DNA from: a virus
DNA length: 64,000 nt
Strand: one strand, 5' to 3'
Virus record (IMG/VR): IMGVR_UViG_3300032223_001420
Location: 1 to 64,000 of that record
Part shown: positions 25,738-34,968 of the stretch, in pieces
Position numbering within the stretch: position 1 is the stretch's first letter
Layout of the letters: each line of letters opens with the position of its first letter
Position numbers and translations under genes: made by a program
Notes under the pieces: model-generated
The model's database searches: none
The model's input: the letters and a program-made list of their open reading frames with translations, nothing else
Told to the model about the DNA's origin: nothing

Positions 25738-27423
25738 TTAAGCAGCAGCCGTTCTATTTGAATAATAACTATCAATAAAACTAGTATTAAATGCATCGGC
25801 TGTTTGTTTTGATTTGTTACTGGTCGTACCCATATTATTATTGACGGTACCAGCATCAACAACAATACCAGCATCAGCAGCCGCATCCATTCTCTGTCCT
25901 TCAGCAACATCAGATGATGCTTGTGATAGTGATGCTCCAGAAGTTTTTGGTGTTGCTGCTGTTTCTGCTGAAGGTGAAGCGGCTGCACTTATTGAAGATG
26001 CCGGTGGTGTTCCACCTCCAGCAGTTGCCGCAGGAGGTGTTGCTGTTTGTGTAGTTGGAGCAACTGCTGTAGGTGTTGCTGCTGCTTTCAGTGCTGCTAG
26101 AATTTTATCAGGATTGCCCCCTTCGTCCGCAATATCTTGCCGAACGGCTTCTACTGAAACTGGATAATTTGTTTTTACTCTTGAAAAACCCGTTGGCGAT
26201 TTTGGGTCAACTTGTACACCAACTTTTTTTCTTAAAAATTCTACAGCAGATTCTTTACTTGTTTCCGCTTTGGTTGCTAAAGATTCTTTTGATGCGGAAC
26301 CTTTTGCTCCTTTATCGGGAGTTGGGCTTGTTGCCATACCACCAGACACAACAACACCTTGCTGATCGGTGACAATTTCTCCTTGTGCAGTTTTTGCTTT
26401 ACCTAAATCTTCTTTAGGTGGAGCAATTGGTGTCGCACCACCAGTTGGTGCTGGAGCAACTTCATCCGCAGTTTTCTTAAATGGTCTAAATCCAGGTACC
26501 TGAACATCAGAAAACCCCCAACCAATTTTCTTTAATAAGTCACCGACAATAGGAAGATCATTAATCTTAGATAATGGAATCGTAAATGGGTCCCACCCAA
26601 TATTATCTTTTAACCATCCTACAATTTTTTGAAATGTTTCACCAATAACATCAATCATTGGAGAAATATATTCTGATAAATCATCTAATGATTTGCGTAG
26701 TTCTTTTTCACCAAATAATCCAGCAGTAATAAAATCTAAAAATTTACCAACACCTTTAATCAGCGTCTCTTTAACGATATCCGTTTCGGTAATTGCTTTC
26801 CAGCCTTCTTCAATAGATTTGAATAGGTCTTCAATTAATGGCAATGGATTTAATTTCTCTGCAATACCACTTATAATCTTACCCAAATCAAATGCGGAAG
26901 AAAATGCTAAGGCCAAACCTAAAAAGAGAGTTGCTAATACCTTTTTCAATAAATCCCAAAGATAACCAACAACACCTTCTTCACCACCAGTGTCTTCTTT
27001 TTCTTTTTTAGGTTTACCTTCTTTGTCTACCTGCTTTGGAGCAGTTTCTTTCTTACGGGCTTCTTCAAGTTCTGCTTCTCGTTTGTCTTCGGTTTTAAAA
27101 AACTTATCCGCTTTGGTAATCGCTTCGGCGTTTTTAAACTTGACTAGCTTGACAATATTTTGACGCAACACATTCATATCTCTTGCCATACCAGGCAGAG
27201 CAAGAGAGTTTTTCGCAATGATGTTTAGAAAAGGTATAACATCTGCGCTGATTGAACCTTCAGTCTCACCGCCAGCTTTAGTTGGAGACTTCTCATCCTT
27301 TTTTTTCTGAAATAACGAACCAAATGAAAAACTAGCCCCTTTGTTACCAAGAGACTCTTTCATCATACGAAAATTTTCGTACCCTAACTTCTTAGCCAGT
27401 TCTTCTAAATTTTTATCTGCCAT
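25738..27423 (-). CDS. Tape-measure/baseplate-hub-like protein
   Basis: Position after gp51; helical/TM region; paralogous motifs shared with the two downstream genes. Confidence 0.65.
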   Translation of the reverse strand: MADKNLEELAKKLGYENFRMMKESLGNKGASFSFGSLFQKKKDEKSPTKAGGETEGSISADVIPFLNIIAKNSLALPGMARDMNVLRQNIVKLVKFKNAEAITKADKFFKTEDKREAELEEARKKETAPKQVDKEGKPKKEKEDTGGEEGVVGYLWDLLKKVLATLFLGLALAFSSAFDLGKIISGIAEKLNPLPLIEDLFKSIEEGWKAITETDIVKETLIKGVGKFLDFITAGLFGEKELRKSLDDLSEYISPMIDVIGETFQKIVGWLKDNIGWDPFTIPLSKINDLPIVGDLLKKIGWGFSDVQVPGFRPFKKTADEVAPAPTGGATPIAPPKEDLGKAKTAQGEIVTDQQGVVVSGGMATSPTPDKGAKGSASKESLATKAETSKESAVEFLRKKVGVQVDPKSPTGFSRVKTNYPVSVEAVRQDIADEGGNPDKILAALKAAATPTAVAPTTQTATPPAATAGGGTPPASSISAAASPSAETAATPKTSGASLSQASSDVAEGQRMDAAADAGIVVDAGTVNNNMGTTSNKSKQTADAFNTSFIDSYYSNRTAAA

Positions 27424-27563
27424 TACTTCCTAGCCTGTTTTTGTGCATTAATACGTTCTTTTTCTTCTTCCAGATACTTAATCAAAAGACTAATGTATAT
27501 GTTTCTTTCCCAAGGTATCATATCTTCAAGTTCAGTCAAACTATATTTGTGATGCTGCATCAT
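27423..27563 (-). CDS. gp51: gp51-like baseplate hub assembly protein (46 aa from ATG; probably the C-terminal part of a frameshift fusion)
   Basis: MMQHHKYSLTELEDMIPWERNIYISLLIKYLEEEK; not in the ORF track. Confidence 0.8.
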   Translation of the reverse strand: MMQHHKYSLTELEDMIPWERNIYISLLIKYLEEEKERINAQKQARK

Positions 27564-27610
27564 TGCAAAGTTTGTCTGATAGTAATTACCTAGTGTATCA
27601 TGACGAAATA

Positions 27611-28342
27611 TTAAGCGAAAAAATTTTGTAAGCCTTTGATGACCATTTCTTCCTCATAGCCACATTTAGGGCAATGAAAGTGAACATCTTTTTTAATCTC
27701 AGGCATTGTGTCAAAAAACACACGAATTTTTTCTAAATCTTTTTGCTGCATAGAATCCACGAAGTCTTCAAGTTCTTTACGTGAGGTATCTTTGGCATAA
27801 TAAATTTGTTCATCATCATATAAGAAATCGATACAGTCAATAAGAATATTGACCATGATATCATTTTCATCCATCTGTTCATACTTCTGAACCATCTCAA
27901 ACGTTGGATATTTTAGACTGATGCCGATTTTATCATTCAACATAAACTTAGATTCATGCTCGGTGTGTTTTGTTGGTTCTATTTGTAATAGGTTTACATC
28001 AAACTCAACGGAGCCGTTACAAACGGTATCTTCACCCTTATCGTTTTTTATTGAATTGTTGCATTTATATTTTAGGTTAACGACTTCTTCTACCGATCTT
28101 GCACGAAGATTCATAAACAGATATTCAAGATCAAATGTTGGCAAACTATCAACATCTATCTCATCCAAGATACAGTTTTTTAAAACTTGCTTAATTGTTG
28201 TGATCGTTTCTTTTGAATCTTCTGATTCGGCTGCCATTAAAAACAACTTTTGTTCTTTGACTAAGAATGGACGAATTCTAACATCCTGTCCTGTTGAAAT
28301 CAATTTAACATTGTAAATAGGCACATCAAGTTTTGGTAACAT
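27611..28342 (-). CDS. gp26: gp26-like baseplate hub assembly protein/chaperone
   Basis: LPK...P.Y...L.S.G..V..RPFLVKE.K..LMA.ES, FD.EYLF..LRARSV.E, KYP, F.TMP, GL.NFF. Confidence 0.85.
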   Translation of the reverse strand: MLPKLDVPIYNVKLISTGQDVRIRPFLVKEQKLFLMAAESEDSKETITTIKQVLKNCILDEIDVDSLPTFDLEYLFMNLRARSVEEVVNLKYKCNNSIKNDKGEDTVCNGSVEFDVNLLQIEPTKHTEHESKFMLNDKIGISLKYPTFEMVQKYEQMDENDIMVNILIDCIDFLYDDEQIYYAKDTSRKELEDFVDSMQQKDLEKIRVFFDTMPEIKKDVHFHCPKCGYEEEMVIKGLQNFFA

Positions 28343-28359
28343 AGTTTCCTCTCAAGTAA

Positions 28360-29100
28360 TTAAAATATACTTCTTCCAAGCACACCTAATCCAGTTGCTC
28401 CAAGCGTTGTTAGTGTTTGACCAACATCCCAATTACCTTCATAAATTGGTCGATAACGTTGATAAGCAAACTGTATTGACAAACGATGAAACCCATCATC
28501 TTGCCAGCTTAGTGTTTGTGGAGAAATTCCAATTGGAAAAGCATCAACTAAATCTACCGCAAATATCTGACGAACCACATCATCATATTGTATAATACGA
28601 ATATTTGTCATGTATCTTGATGCTTCGCTTTTTGGAAAACGAGCGTTGTTTGTATCAGACGGTATAATTGCTTCCATCCAACGATCAAACAATTTGCGCT
28701 CGTAAAAATCATTTGTACAGATAAACGTCAGTGTTGTATCTGTGTATTGCATACGATATGGAATCTTATAACTTGGTCCATATATTCTTGCATCGGCTGT
28801 TTCTAATGTACGACCTGGCAATTCTGCTGCTTCACATTGTAACGCTAAGTATCGTGATATCGATGGGTTAGCCGACTTCATTGGTCCATCTTGATCTTGT
28901 GTTCCTAATGCAGAATTAATAGCATCCGAAACATCTGAAAAAATAGAATTAGGAAAATTCAATATTTTCTCGATAACTGAGTTACCTACCGCTTGTCCAA
29001 TATAAGGTGGTATGGGTAATATCACTTCAAATCGTGATGGTTTGGCTGGACCGCCTTTACCGTTTATATTTGATAGAAATAGATTAGGTGAAAACGACAT
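28360..29100 (-). CDS. Tail tube / baseplate-tube initiator (gp19/gp54-like)
   Basis: GG.AK..RF.V, C....LPG, YGP..K.PY, F..W...I, AFP.......LS, F.Y. Confidence 0.75.
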   Translation of the reverse strand: MSFSPNLFLSNINGKGGPAKPSRFEVILPIPPYIGQAVGNSVIEKILNFPNSIFSDVSDAINSALGTQDQDGPMKSANPSISRYLALQCEAAELPGRTLETADARIYGPSYKIPYRMQYTDTTLTFICTNDFYERKLFDRWMEAIIPSDTNNARFPKSEASRYMTNIRIIQYDDVVRQIFAVDLVDAFPIGISPQTLSWQDDGFHRLSIQFAYQRYRPIYEGNWDVGQTLTTLGATGLGVLGRSIF

Positions 29101-29684
29101 TAAAATTTATCCTCTGATTCTGACCATACTTTGTTTTTACTTGCTTTAGCAAACGACTCTACAGGCAACATGACGGCGATGTCCCATTCATCTGCTGTAA
29201 TCTCTAAAAACCTAGACTGCACATGACTAAACAAGTATCGTTTGATACAAGGTTTAGCCTGATATATTTTCGATGCTTTTGCTAGGTAATCATAACTTAT
29301 TCTGAGTCTAGTTTTCTCATCGTAGTTATGGTCAGTTAATAAGGTACTCAATTTATCTAAAAGAAGTACACGTTGCTTTGGGCTAATGTAATGTAAATTG
29401 AGCCCTAAAAAGCCGTCTGGGTATTGTTCTATTGGAATCACCAATGGGAACTTATCGTAGTATGGCAACGTATCCTTCGTTTTTGGATCATAAAAATAAA
29501 AGTACATTCTACCAATAATGGACTTTTCTCTGAGTCTTTGCTTGTCACGCATCAAATCACCTTTGGTAGGTTTCAATGCAGAGATTTTAGCTTTTAACCA
29601 AGTACGTGAGTCACGTGTACGAGGTTCTAATCCTTTTTTAGCAAGAGATTCTTTGATTCTGTCTATGAGTGTTTTGGTAGCCAT
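29100..29684 (-). CDS. gp2: DNA end protector gp2
   Basis: G.MYFY.YDPK.K..LPYYD.FPL, GLNLHY, PC.KRYL..HV.S, W..A..LP...F. Confidence 0.92.
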   Translation of the reverse strand: MATKTLIDRIKESLAKKGLEPRTRDSRTWLKAKISALKPTKGDLMRDKQRLREKSIIGRMYFYFYDPKTKDTLPYYDKFPLVIPIEQYPDGFLGLNLHYISPKQRVLLLDKLSTLLTDHNYDEKTRLRISYDYLAKASKIYQAKPCIKRYLFSHVQSRFLEITADEWDIAVMLPVESFAKASKNKVWSESEDKF

Positions 29685-29696
29685 CTAGTATTTATC

Positions 29697-30143
29697 TCAA
29701 ATGCCTAGATGTTTTTCCGTGATGACTTGAAATTCCCAGCCGTGGTCTTTGCAGAATTCTGTTGCTGCTTTCCACTTTGATTGGTTGATGATGTACGTAG
29801 CCGACTCTTGCAGGTATCGTTTAGTCTTGCGTTTTTGAGTTGGTGGTTTAGTTTGAGCATCTGGCTTAACTTCAATGATATAAGTTTTTATTGTACCGTC
29901 TCTGCGGCGTATTTTGGCTACAAAGTCGGGAAAGTACCGATGTTTCTTATTATCGATTGGATTCCAGTAAGGTATGACCAGTTCTTCCGAACCCCACCAT
30001 ATAACGTCAGGATGCTCATCTAAATATTTCATCACCTTTAACTCCCAGGACGAACGATAGATGATGTTTGTCGCATCCCCTTTATATTTTTGTGGGTTTT
30101 TCGAAACGAAGATTCCTTTGTAAGTTTTTCCTGAATATGACAT
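29697..30143 (-). CDS. gp4: Head completion nuclease gp4
   Basis: NP.KY.GD...I.YRSSWE, W.SEE..IPY, HRYFPDF, IEVKP..QT, N..KW.AA, F...TE. Confidence 0.92.
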   Translation of the reverse strand: MSYSGKTYKGIFVSKNPQKYKGDATNIIYRSSWELKVMKYLDEHPDVIWWGSEELVIPYWNPIDNKKHRYFPDFVAKIRRRDGTIKTYIIEVKPDAQTKPPTQKRKTKRYLQESATYIINQSKWKAATEFCKDHGWEFQVITEKHLGI

Positions 30144-30176
30144 AAATACTATCTAGTCAATCATTTTAGGACAAAT

Positions 30177-31358
30177 ATGGCACTTTTCGGTCTTTCAGAT
30201 ATTACCATTTCCCAAGAAAAGAAAACAAGGGGTCCTCTTGCTCCACTTTTTACTGATGAATATGGCACATCAAATACGTTCAGATACCCACTTGATATTG
30301 GTAACTATGACAAAGCGCACTACATGGTTATTCATATTTTTCAACAAAATAAATCAGTTATTAAAGGTATAGAAAGAAACAATAATCTACCTACTGGTAT
30401 TGATATTCAAACCAAGATGAATAACCTGGCAGCTACAACCGCTCAGAATTTCAAACAACAATTTTCAAGCGTCATCAATAATAAAATTGACGGTGCATTT
30501 AATTCAATTAATAATGCAGTTGGAGGGCGATTAAACTTTTTTAAAGCGTCTGGACCATCATTCGATTCAGCAGCAAAGGCACAATCTACGAGTAACAAAT
30601 CTTATATTGACAGTGTGGCAAATATTCAAAATGAATCACTTTTCAAAAATCAAACAACACGGACCAAAGATTCGATTGTTTTGTATATGCCAGACACAGT
30701 ACAATTTTCAAGTACGCAAGGATATGAAAATTTAGACTTAGGTGGATTGGCTGGACAAGCAGGAAAAATTGGTGCGAGTATATTAAAAGGTGAAGAAGTA
30801 AATGTTGGTGGTGCAGTTGTAGCCGCTGCGGTAAACGCTGGTATAAAAAAATTAGGTGAACTTTCTAATTCGGGAGATGCAGCAAAGGCTGCCGCTTTTT
30901 TGGCTACAGGTGGTATTGTTAACCCACAATTAGAACTTCTCTATACTGCTCCGAATTTTCGCTCATTCAATTATGAATTTATGTTCTACCCAAGAAGTGA
31001 ACAAGAAGCATTAGAGGTGCAGAACATTATCGAACGATTGCGTTTTCATCAAGCTCCAGAATTGGATAAAAGTACAGCAAATGTTTTATTGATTCCACCA
31101 TCAGAATTTGAAATTATGTTTTTCTATAATGGTAGAAAAAACCCGAATATTCCAAATATGACACGTTGTGTTTTGGAGTCGATTGATGTCAACTATGCGC
31201 CAAACGGATGGTCTGCTTATGAGATGCCAGGCGAAAGTAGCCCAGCAATAGGTAGAACTGGTATGCCCACAGCAATTCAATTGACACTGGGATTTAAAGA
31301 AACCCAATTCTTAACAAAACGTGATTTCAGAACTTTTGCTTCGGACAATAAGAAATAA
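30177..31358 (+). CDS. gp48: Baseplate tail-tube cap gp48
   Basis: YP.D, LYMP, NP..ELLY..P.FR.F.Y.F.F.PRS..E, CVL....VNY.P, L.F.E. Confidence 0.85.
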   Translation: MALFGLSDITISQEKKTRGPLAPLFTDEYGTSNTFRYPLDIGNYDKAHYMVIHIFQQNKSVIKGIERNNNLPTGIDIQTKMNNLAATTAQNFKQQFSSVINNKIDGAFNSINNAVGGRLNFFKASGPSFDSAAKAQSTSNKSYIDSVANIQNESLFKNQTTRTKDSIVLYMPDTVQFSSTQGYENLDLGGLAGQAGKIGASILKGEEVNVGGAVVAAAVNAGIKKLGELSNSGDAAKAAAFLATGGIVNPQLELLYTAPNFRSFNYEFMFYPRSEQEALEVQNIIERLRFHQAPELDKSTANVLLIPPSEFEIMFFYNGRKNPNIPNMTRCVLESIDVNYAPNGWSAYEMPGESSPAIGRTGMPTAIQLTLGFKETQFLTKRDFRTFASDNKK

Positions 31359-31360
31359 AA

Positions 31361-32032
31361 ATGGCAAATTATTTTAACTTTTTTCCAACAACATATTATA
31401 CCAGTTCGAATACAACTTCCGATTTAGATACTGTTACGAATATTATTGCACGATTTGCTTTTGAGAATTCGACTAAAAATAATAGCAATATTTTTTATCC
31501 TTATGAAATACAAGATGGCGATACACCAGAAATTATAGCATCTAAGTATTATGGCTCACCAGAGAGACATTGGATTGTTTTGTTGTACAATGATATTATC
31601 GATCCACAATATGATTGGCCATTAGACCAAAGAACAATTATTAAATACATCGATAAGAAATATTCCGCACCCGAATATGCAGATACGGCAAATACAAATG
31701 TATCTGGTTTAAGTTGGTCTATGAACGTAAATAATGTATACGCATACACTAAAACAATATCTAGAGTTGGTACAACTGATGCTTCACCAGTCACTATTAC
31801 TGAAACAATTCGAGTTGATGCGAGTACGTATGCAAATGTGATTACTTCAACAAATAATTATACTTTGAAAAGTGGTACAAAAGTTGCCGAAACAACCACA
31901 AAACAAAAACAAACCTATTATGATTATGAAATTCAGACCAACGATACAAAACGAAAAATCAAATTACTAAGACCAGAATATGTAACCGAAAAGGGTTTAA
32001 TTGGCGAATTTAAGAAAGTAATTAGTTCATGA
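31361..32032 (+). CDS. gp53: Baseplate wedge subunit gp53
   Basis: YF..FP, Y.I.DGDTPE.IA..YYG....HWIVLL.N.I.DP.YDWP, YE...N..KR.IKLL. Confidence 0.9.
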   Translation: MANYFNFFPTTYYTSSNTTSDLDTVTNIIARFAFENSTKNNSNIFYPYEIQDGDTPEIIASKYYGSPERHWIVLLYNDIIDPQYDWPLDQRTIIKYIDKKYSAPEYADTANTNVSGLSWSMNVNNVYAYTKTISRVGTTDASPVTITETIRVDASTYANVITSTNNYTLKSGTKVAETTTKQKQTYYDYEIQTNDTKRKIKLLRPEYVTEKGLIGEFKKVISS

Positions 32033-33372
32033 GTTTAGAGATTACCAATTCATCGAAGTTTGAAGTTAATGAACTTACGGTTATTACAAAGGGTGGTAAG
32101 GTTGACATTTCTCGTATATACGAAGAGATAAATCTTTTTGATTCTTTGTTTGTGCCGGTCATGAATGGTATTATTGTTATTAATGATGCCATTGGCTTAT
32201 CCAACAAATTATTATTTGATGGTTCCGAATCTTTATTGATCAATATTACCAAAACATCAAGTTCGAGTGTTTTGAATTTTAAAAAAGCATTTAGAATTTT
32301 TAAACAAAGTGACCGTAAAAATACCAACCAAAACAGCGAAACATATTCTTTACATTTTGTTTCTGATGAGTTGATGTTTTCGGATCAACAATTAGTATCG
32401 CAATCCTATAAAGGAACATATACCGATATTGTAAAGAAGATTTTAGTTGGCTATTTAAAAGTTCCAAATAATAAATTTAATGGTGTGATAGAAAACACAA
32501 CTGGATTGCGTGATATTGTTATACCAAATTTAAGACCTTTAGATGCTATTGAGTGGTGCGCTAAAAGATCGATTGATGAAAAACGTTCACCAAATTATGT
32601 TTTCTTTGAAAATAGTTTGGGATATAACTTTGTTTCGCTTTCGACTTTGTTGTCACAAAAAGAATTGTTTGAGATTAGATTCCGAGCAAAAAATTTAGAA
32701 GAAACGAATGTGGTTGATGATTTGTTTAGCCCTAAACACTATGAAATGATCAATCAAGTAGACAAAATTAAAGCTACCCGTGATGGTATAAATGCTGGTA
32801 CATTTATTGGTTTCGATCCAATGACTCGTAAAATTGCATCACGAAAAATTACTTATGAAGATCATTATTCGGCTATGAAACACGGTAACGATAGCCCAAA
32901 TTATTCGGCTTCCGTTAATCGTGCAGGTGATGATTCATCTCAAGCATACGATTCAAAGAAAACATTAAGTTCATTTGGAACATTTCGTAAAGATAGTGCA
33001 TATATTAAAAAATATGATCCTTCGTCATTATCAAAGTTAGAAGCGCAAGAAGATTTTATTTTTCAGCGTAAAGCCATCTTTTCTAATTTGATGAATAAAC
33101 GCATGAAGTTAGTTATGCCAGGAAACTTTCAATTGACTTCTGGTTTTAATTTGAATGTTCGTGTACCAAATTTTGCTCTGAGAGATAGTAAAGAAGAAAA
33201 TGATGACCGTTCTTTAAGTGGTCGTTATTTGATTATTGCTACAAGACATATTATTGGCTTTCAAAAACATGAAACAGTTTTAGAATTGGCGACAACATCT
33301 AATGAATTACCATTTATAACATCTGCCACAAACCAGCAGTCAAAAGAAATAGAGAATTATGGAACAATCTGA
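32029..33372 (+). CDS. Baseplate hub protein (gp27-like)
   Basis: Position between gp53 and gp5; IPN..P..AI.W, FFEN..G.NF.S, PG...L..G, SG.YLI....H. Confidence 0.7.
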   Translation: MSLEITNSSKFEVNELTVITKGGKVDISRIYEEINLFDSLFVPVMNGIIVINDAIGLSNKLLFDGSESLLINITKTSSSSVLNFKKAFRIFKQSDRKNTNQNSETYSLHFVSDELMFSDQQLVSQSYKGTYTDIVKKILVGYLKVPNNKFNGVIENTTGLRDIVIPNLRPLDAIEWCAKRSIDEKRSPNYVFFENSLGYNFVSLSTLLSQKELFEIRFRAKNLEETNVVDDLFSPKHYEMINQVDKIKATRDGINAGTFIGFDPMTRKIASRKITYEDHYSAMKHGNDSPNYSASVNRAGDDSSQAYDSKKTLSSFGTFRKDSAYIKKYDPSSLSKLEAQEDFIFQRKAIFSNLMNKRMKLVMPGNFQLTSGFNLNVRVPNFALRDSKEENDDRSLSGRYLIIATRHIIGFQKHETVLELATTSNELPFITSATNQQSKEIENYGTI

Positions 33373-34228
33373 AGATAATAAAAATTTTGCTGGTAAGAAC
33401 GGGTTTACTTGGTGGGTTGGTGTTGTTGAAAAAATCAATGATCCACTCAAACTAGGTCGTTGCCGTGTTCGTTGCGCTGGCTGGCATACAGATAATAAAT
33501 CAATATTGCCCTCAGATTCGTTGCCATGGGCACAGCCGGCTATGCCAACAAATAATACAAGTACCTATCCACCACGTGAAGGAGATATGGTATTTGGATT
33601 TTTCACCGATGGAGATAATGCACAAGACCCAATAATTCTTGGTGTACTTCCTGGCATACCCCTCACCGCTGGAAATTATCAACAAGGATTTAATGATGCA
33701 CGAACAAGTGCAGAACTTGCTGCTGCACCAGTTAAACCCGAAGATTCTGCTACAAATTATCCACGCAAGTTGGATGAGCCGACAACATCACGTTTAGCAA
33801 GAAATGATACTGATTATCCATCAGCAATTAATGTAGCAAAGAAAGCGAAAAAAGCAAGTAAGGTAGAACCAGATTCGTATTATGCAGCCAAGTATCCTTA
33901 CAACAATGTTTATGAATCTGAATCAGGACATGCATTTGAATTTGATGACACCAAAGATGCCGAACGAATTCATTTATATCATCGTTCAGGTTCTTATGTT
34001 GAATATGGTCCATTAGGTGATCGGTCAGAAAGAATACAAAGAAACAAGTTTGAGGTCGTTGTCGGTAGCGAACAAGTGTATGTTAAGGGTGATGTTACCA
34101 TTTATGTTGATGGTAATGTAAAGATGACTGTTGGTGGTAACTATCAAGCAGATATTGGTGGTACATGTAAGATAACATCAGGTGGTAATATGACACTCAA
34201 AGCACCACGTATAGATTTGAATCCATAA
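33359..34228 (+). CDS. gp5: Baseplate central spike gp5 lacking a lysozyme domain
   Basis: WWVGVVE...DP..LGR.RVR..G.H, LPWA, GFF.DG..AQ.P.ILG, YPYN.V.ESESGH..EFDDT, short beta-helix. Confidence 0.9.
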   Translation: MEQSEDNKNFAGKNGFTWWVGVVEKINDPLKLGRCRVRCAGWHTDNKSILPSDSLPWAQPAMPTNNTSTYPPREGDMVFGFFTDGDNAQDPIILGVLPGIPLTAGNYQQGFNDARTSAELAAAPVKPEDSATNYPRKLDEPTTSRLARNDTDYPSAINVAKKAKKASKVEPDSYYAAKYPYNNVYESESGHAFEFDDTKDAERIHLYHRSGSYVEYGPLGDRSERIQRNKFEVVVGSEQVYVKGDVTIYVDGNVKMTVGGNYQADIGGTCKITSGGNMTLKAPRIDLNP

Positions 34229-34533
34229 TGCCAGCAGTTTCTAGAAAAGATGGAACCGATACAATAACAACAGGTCATGGTTGTGATGCTACAACTGTGA
34301 CCGATCAAGGTTCATCTACAGTTTTTGTCAATAGTATTGGTGCAGTTCGTGCTGGAGATTTATGTAAAGTGCATTTAATTCTTGTGGGTGATTCTTGTGT
34401 ACCACATACGGTGCCATTAACTTCATATTCTGGTAGTGTTTTTGTAAATGGAAAAGGTGTTGGAAGAAAAGGTGATTCTTATTCCGGAGAAGTTTTAACA
34501 TCCGGTTCAGGTAATGTTTTCGCTGGAGGCTGA
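34228..34533 (+). CDS. PAAR-domain spike tip (gp5.4-like)
   Basis: MPAVSR, GS.TVFVN.....R.GD....H, GS.NVF.G. Confidence 0.88.
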   Translation: MPAVSRKDGTDTITTGHGCDATTVTDQGSSTVFVNSIGAVRAGDLCKVHLILVGDSCVPHTVPLTSYSGSVFVNGKGVGRKGDSYSGEVLTSGSGNVFAGG

Positions 34534-34544
34534 ATAAATAAACG

Positions 34545-34967
34545 ATGTCAACAAAAATAACATCAACCGACCCATCTATAGCTTCCGAGAGAAGTTATAT
34601 AGATTTAGATTTGAACTTTACAGCACATCCTGTAAAGAAAGATATTAATGTGCATTATAATGAAAAAGCGGTCATCAATTCTGTAAAGAATTTAGTATCG
34701 ACAAATTTTTATGAACGACCATTTCAGCCAGAATTGGGTTCGAATATTCGTCGTTTGCTTTTTGAACCGATTGATTCTATTGTTGCCGCTTCTTTGGAAA
34801 GACAACTTCAAGAAACGATTGAAAACTTTGAGCCGAGAGTTTCAATAGATTCGATTACTGCATATGCTGCACCGGATGAAAATGGATATAGTGTTAGTTT
34901 AACTTTTTTTATTCAGAACTCACCTAATCCAATAACAATTAACTTCTTTTTAGAGCGTATAAGATAA
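34545..34967 (+). CDS. gp25: Baseplate wedge subunit gp25
   Basis: DLDL.F..HP, SVKNLV.T...ERPF.P..G..I..LLFE, I.NFEPRV, LER.R. Confidence 0.93.
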   Translation: MSTKITSTDPSIASERSYIDLDLNFTAHPVKKDINVHYNEKAVINSVKNLVSTNFYERPFQPELGSNIRRLLFEPIDSIVAASLERQLQETIENFEPRVSIDSITAYAAPDENGYSVSLTFFIQNSPNPITINFFLERIR

Positions 34968-34968
34968 A

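Noticed and set aside
22438-26372. Plus-strand ORFs opposite the tape-measure-like genes
   Set aside because: They are antisense shadows of Lys/Glu- and Ala/Pro-rich linkers
29697-30143. TnsA-like nuclease fold suggesting a transposon
   Set aside because: Motifs and synteny with gp2 and gp48 identify it as head completion protein gp4
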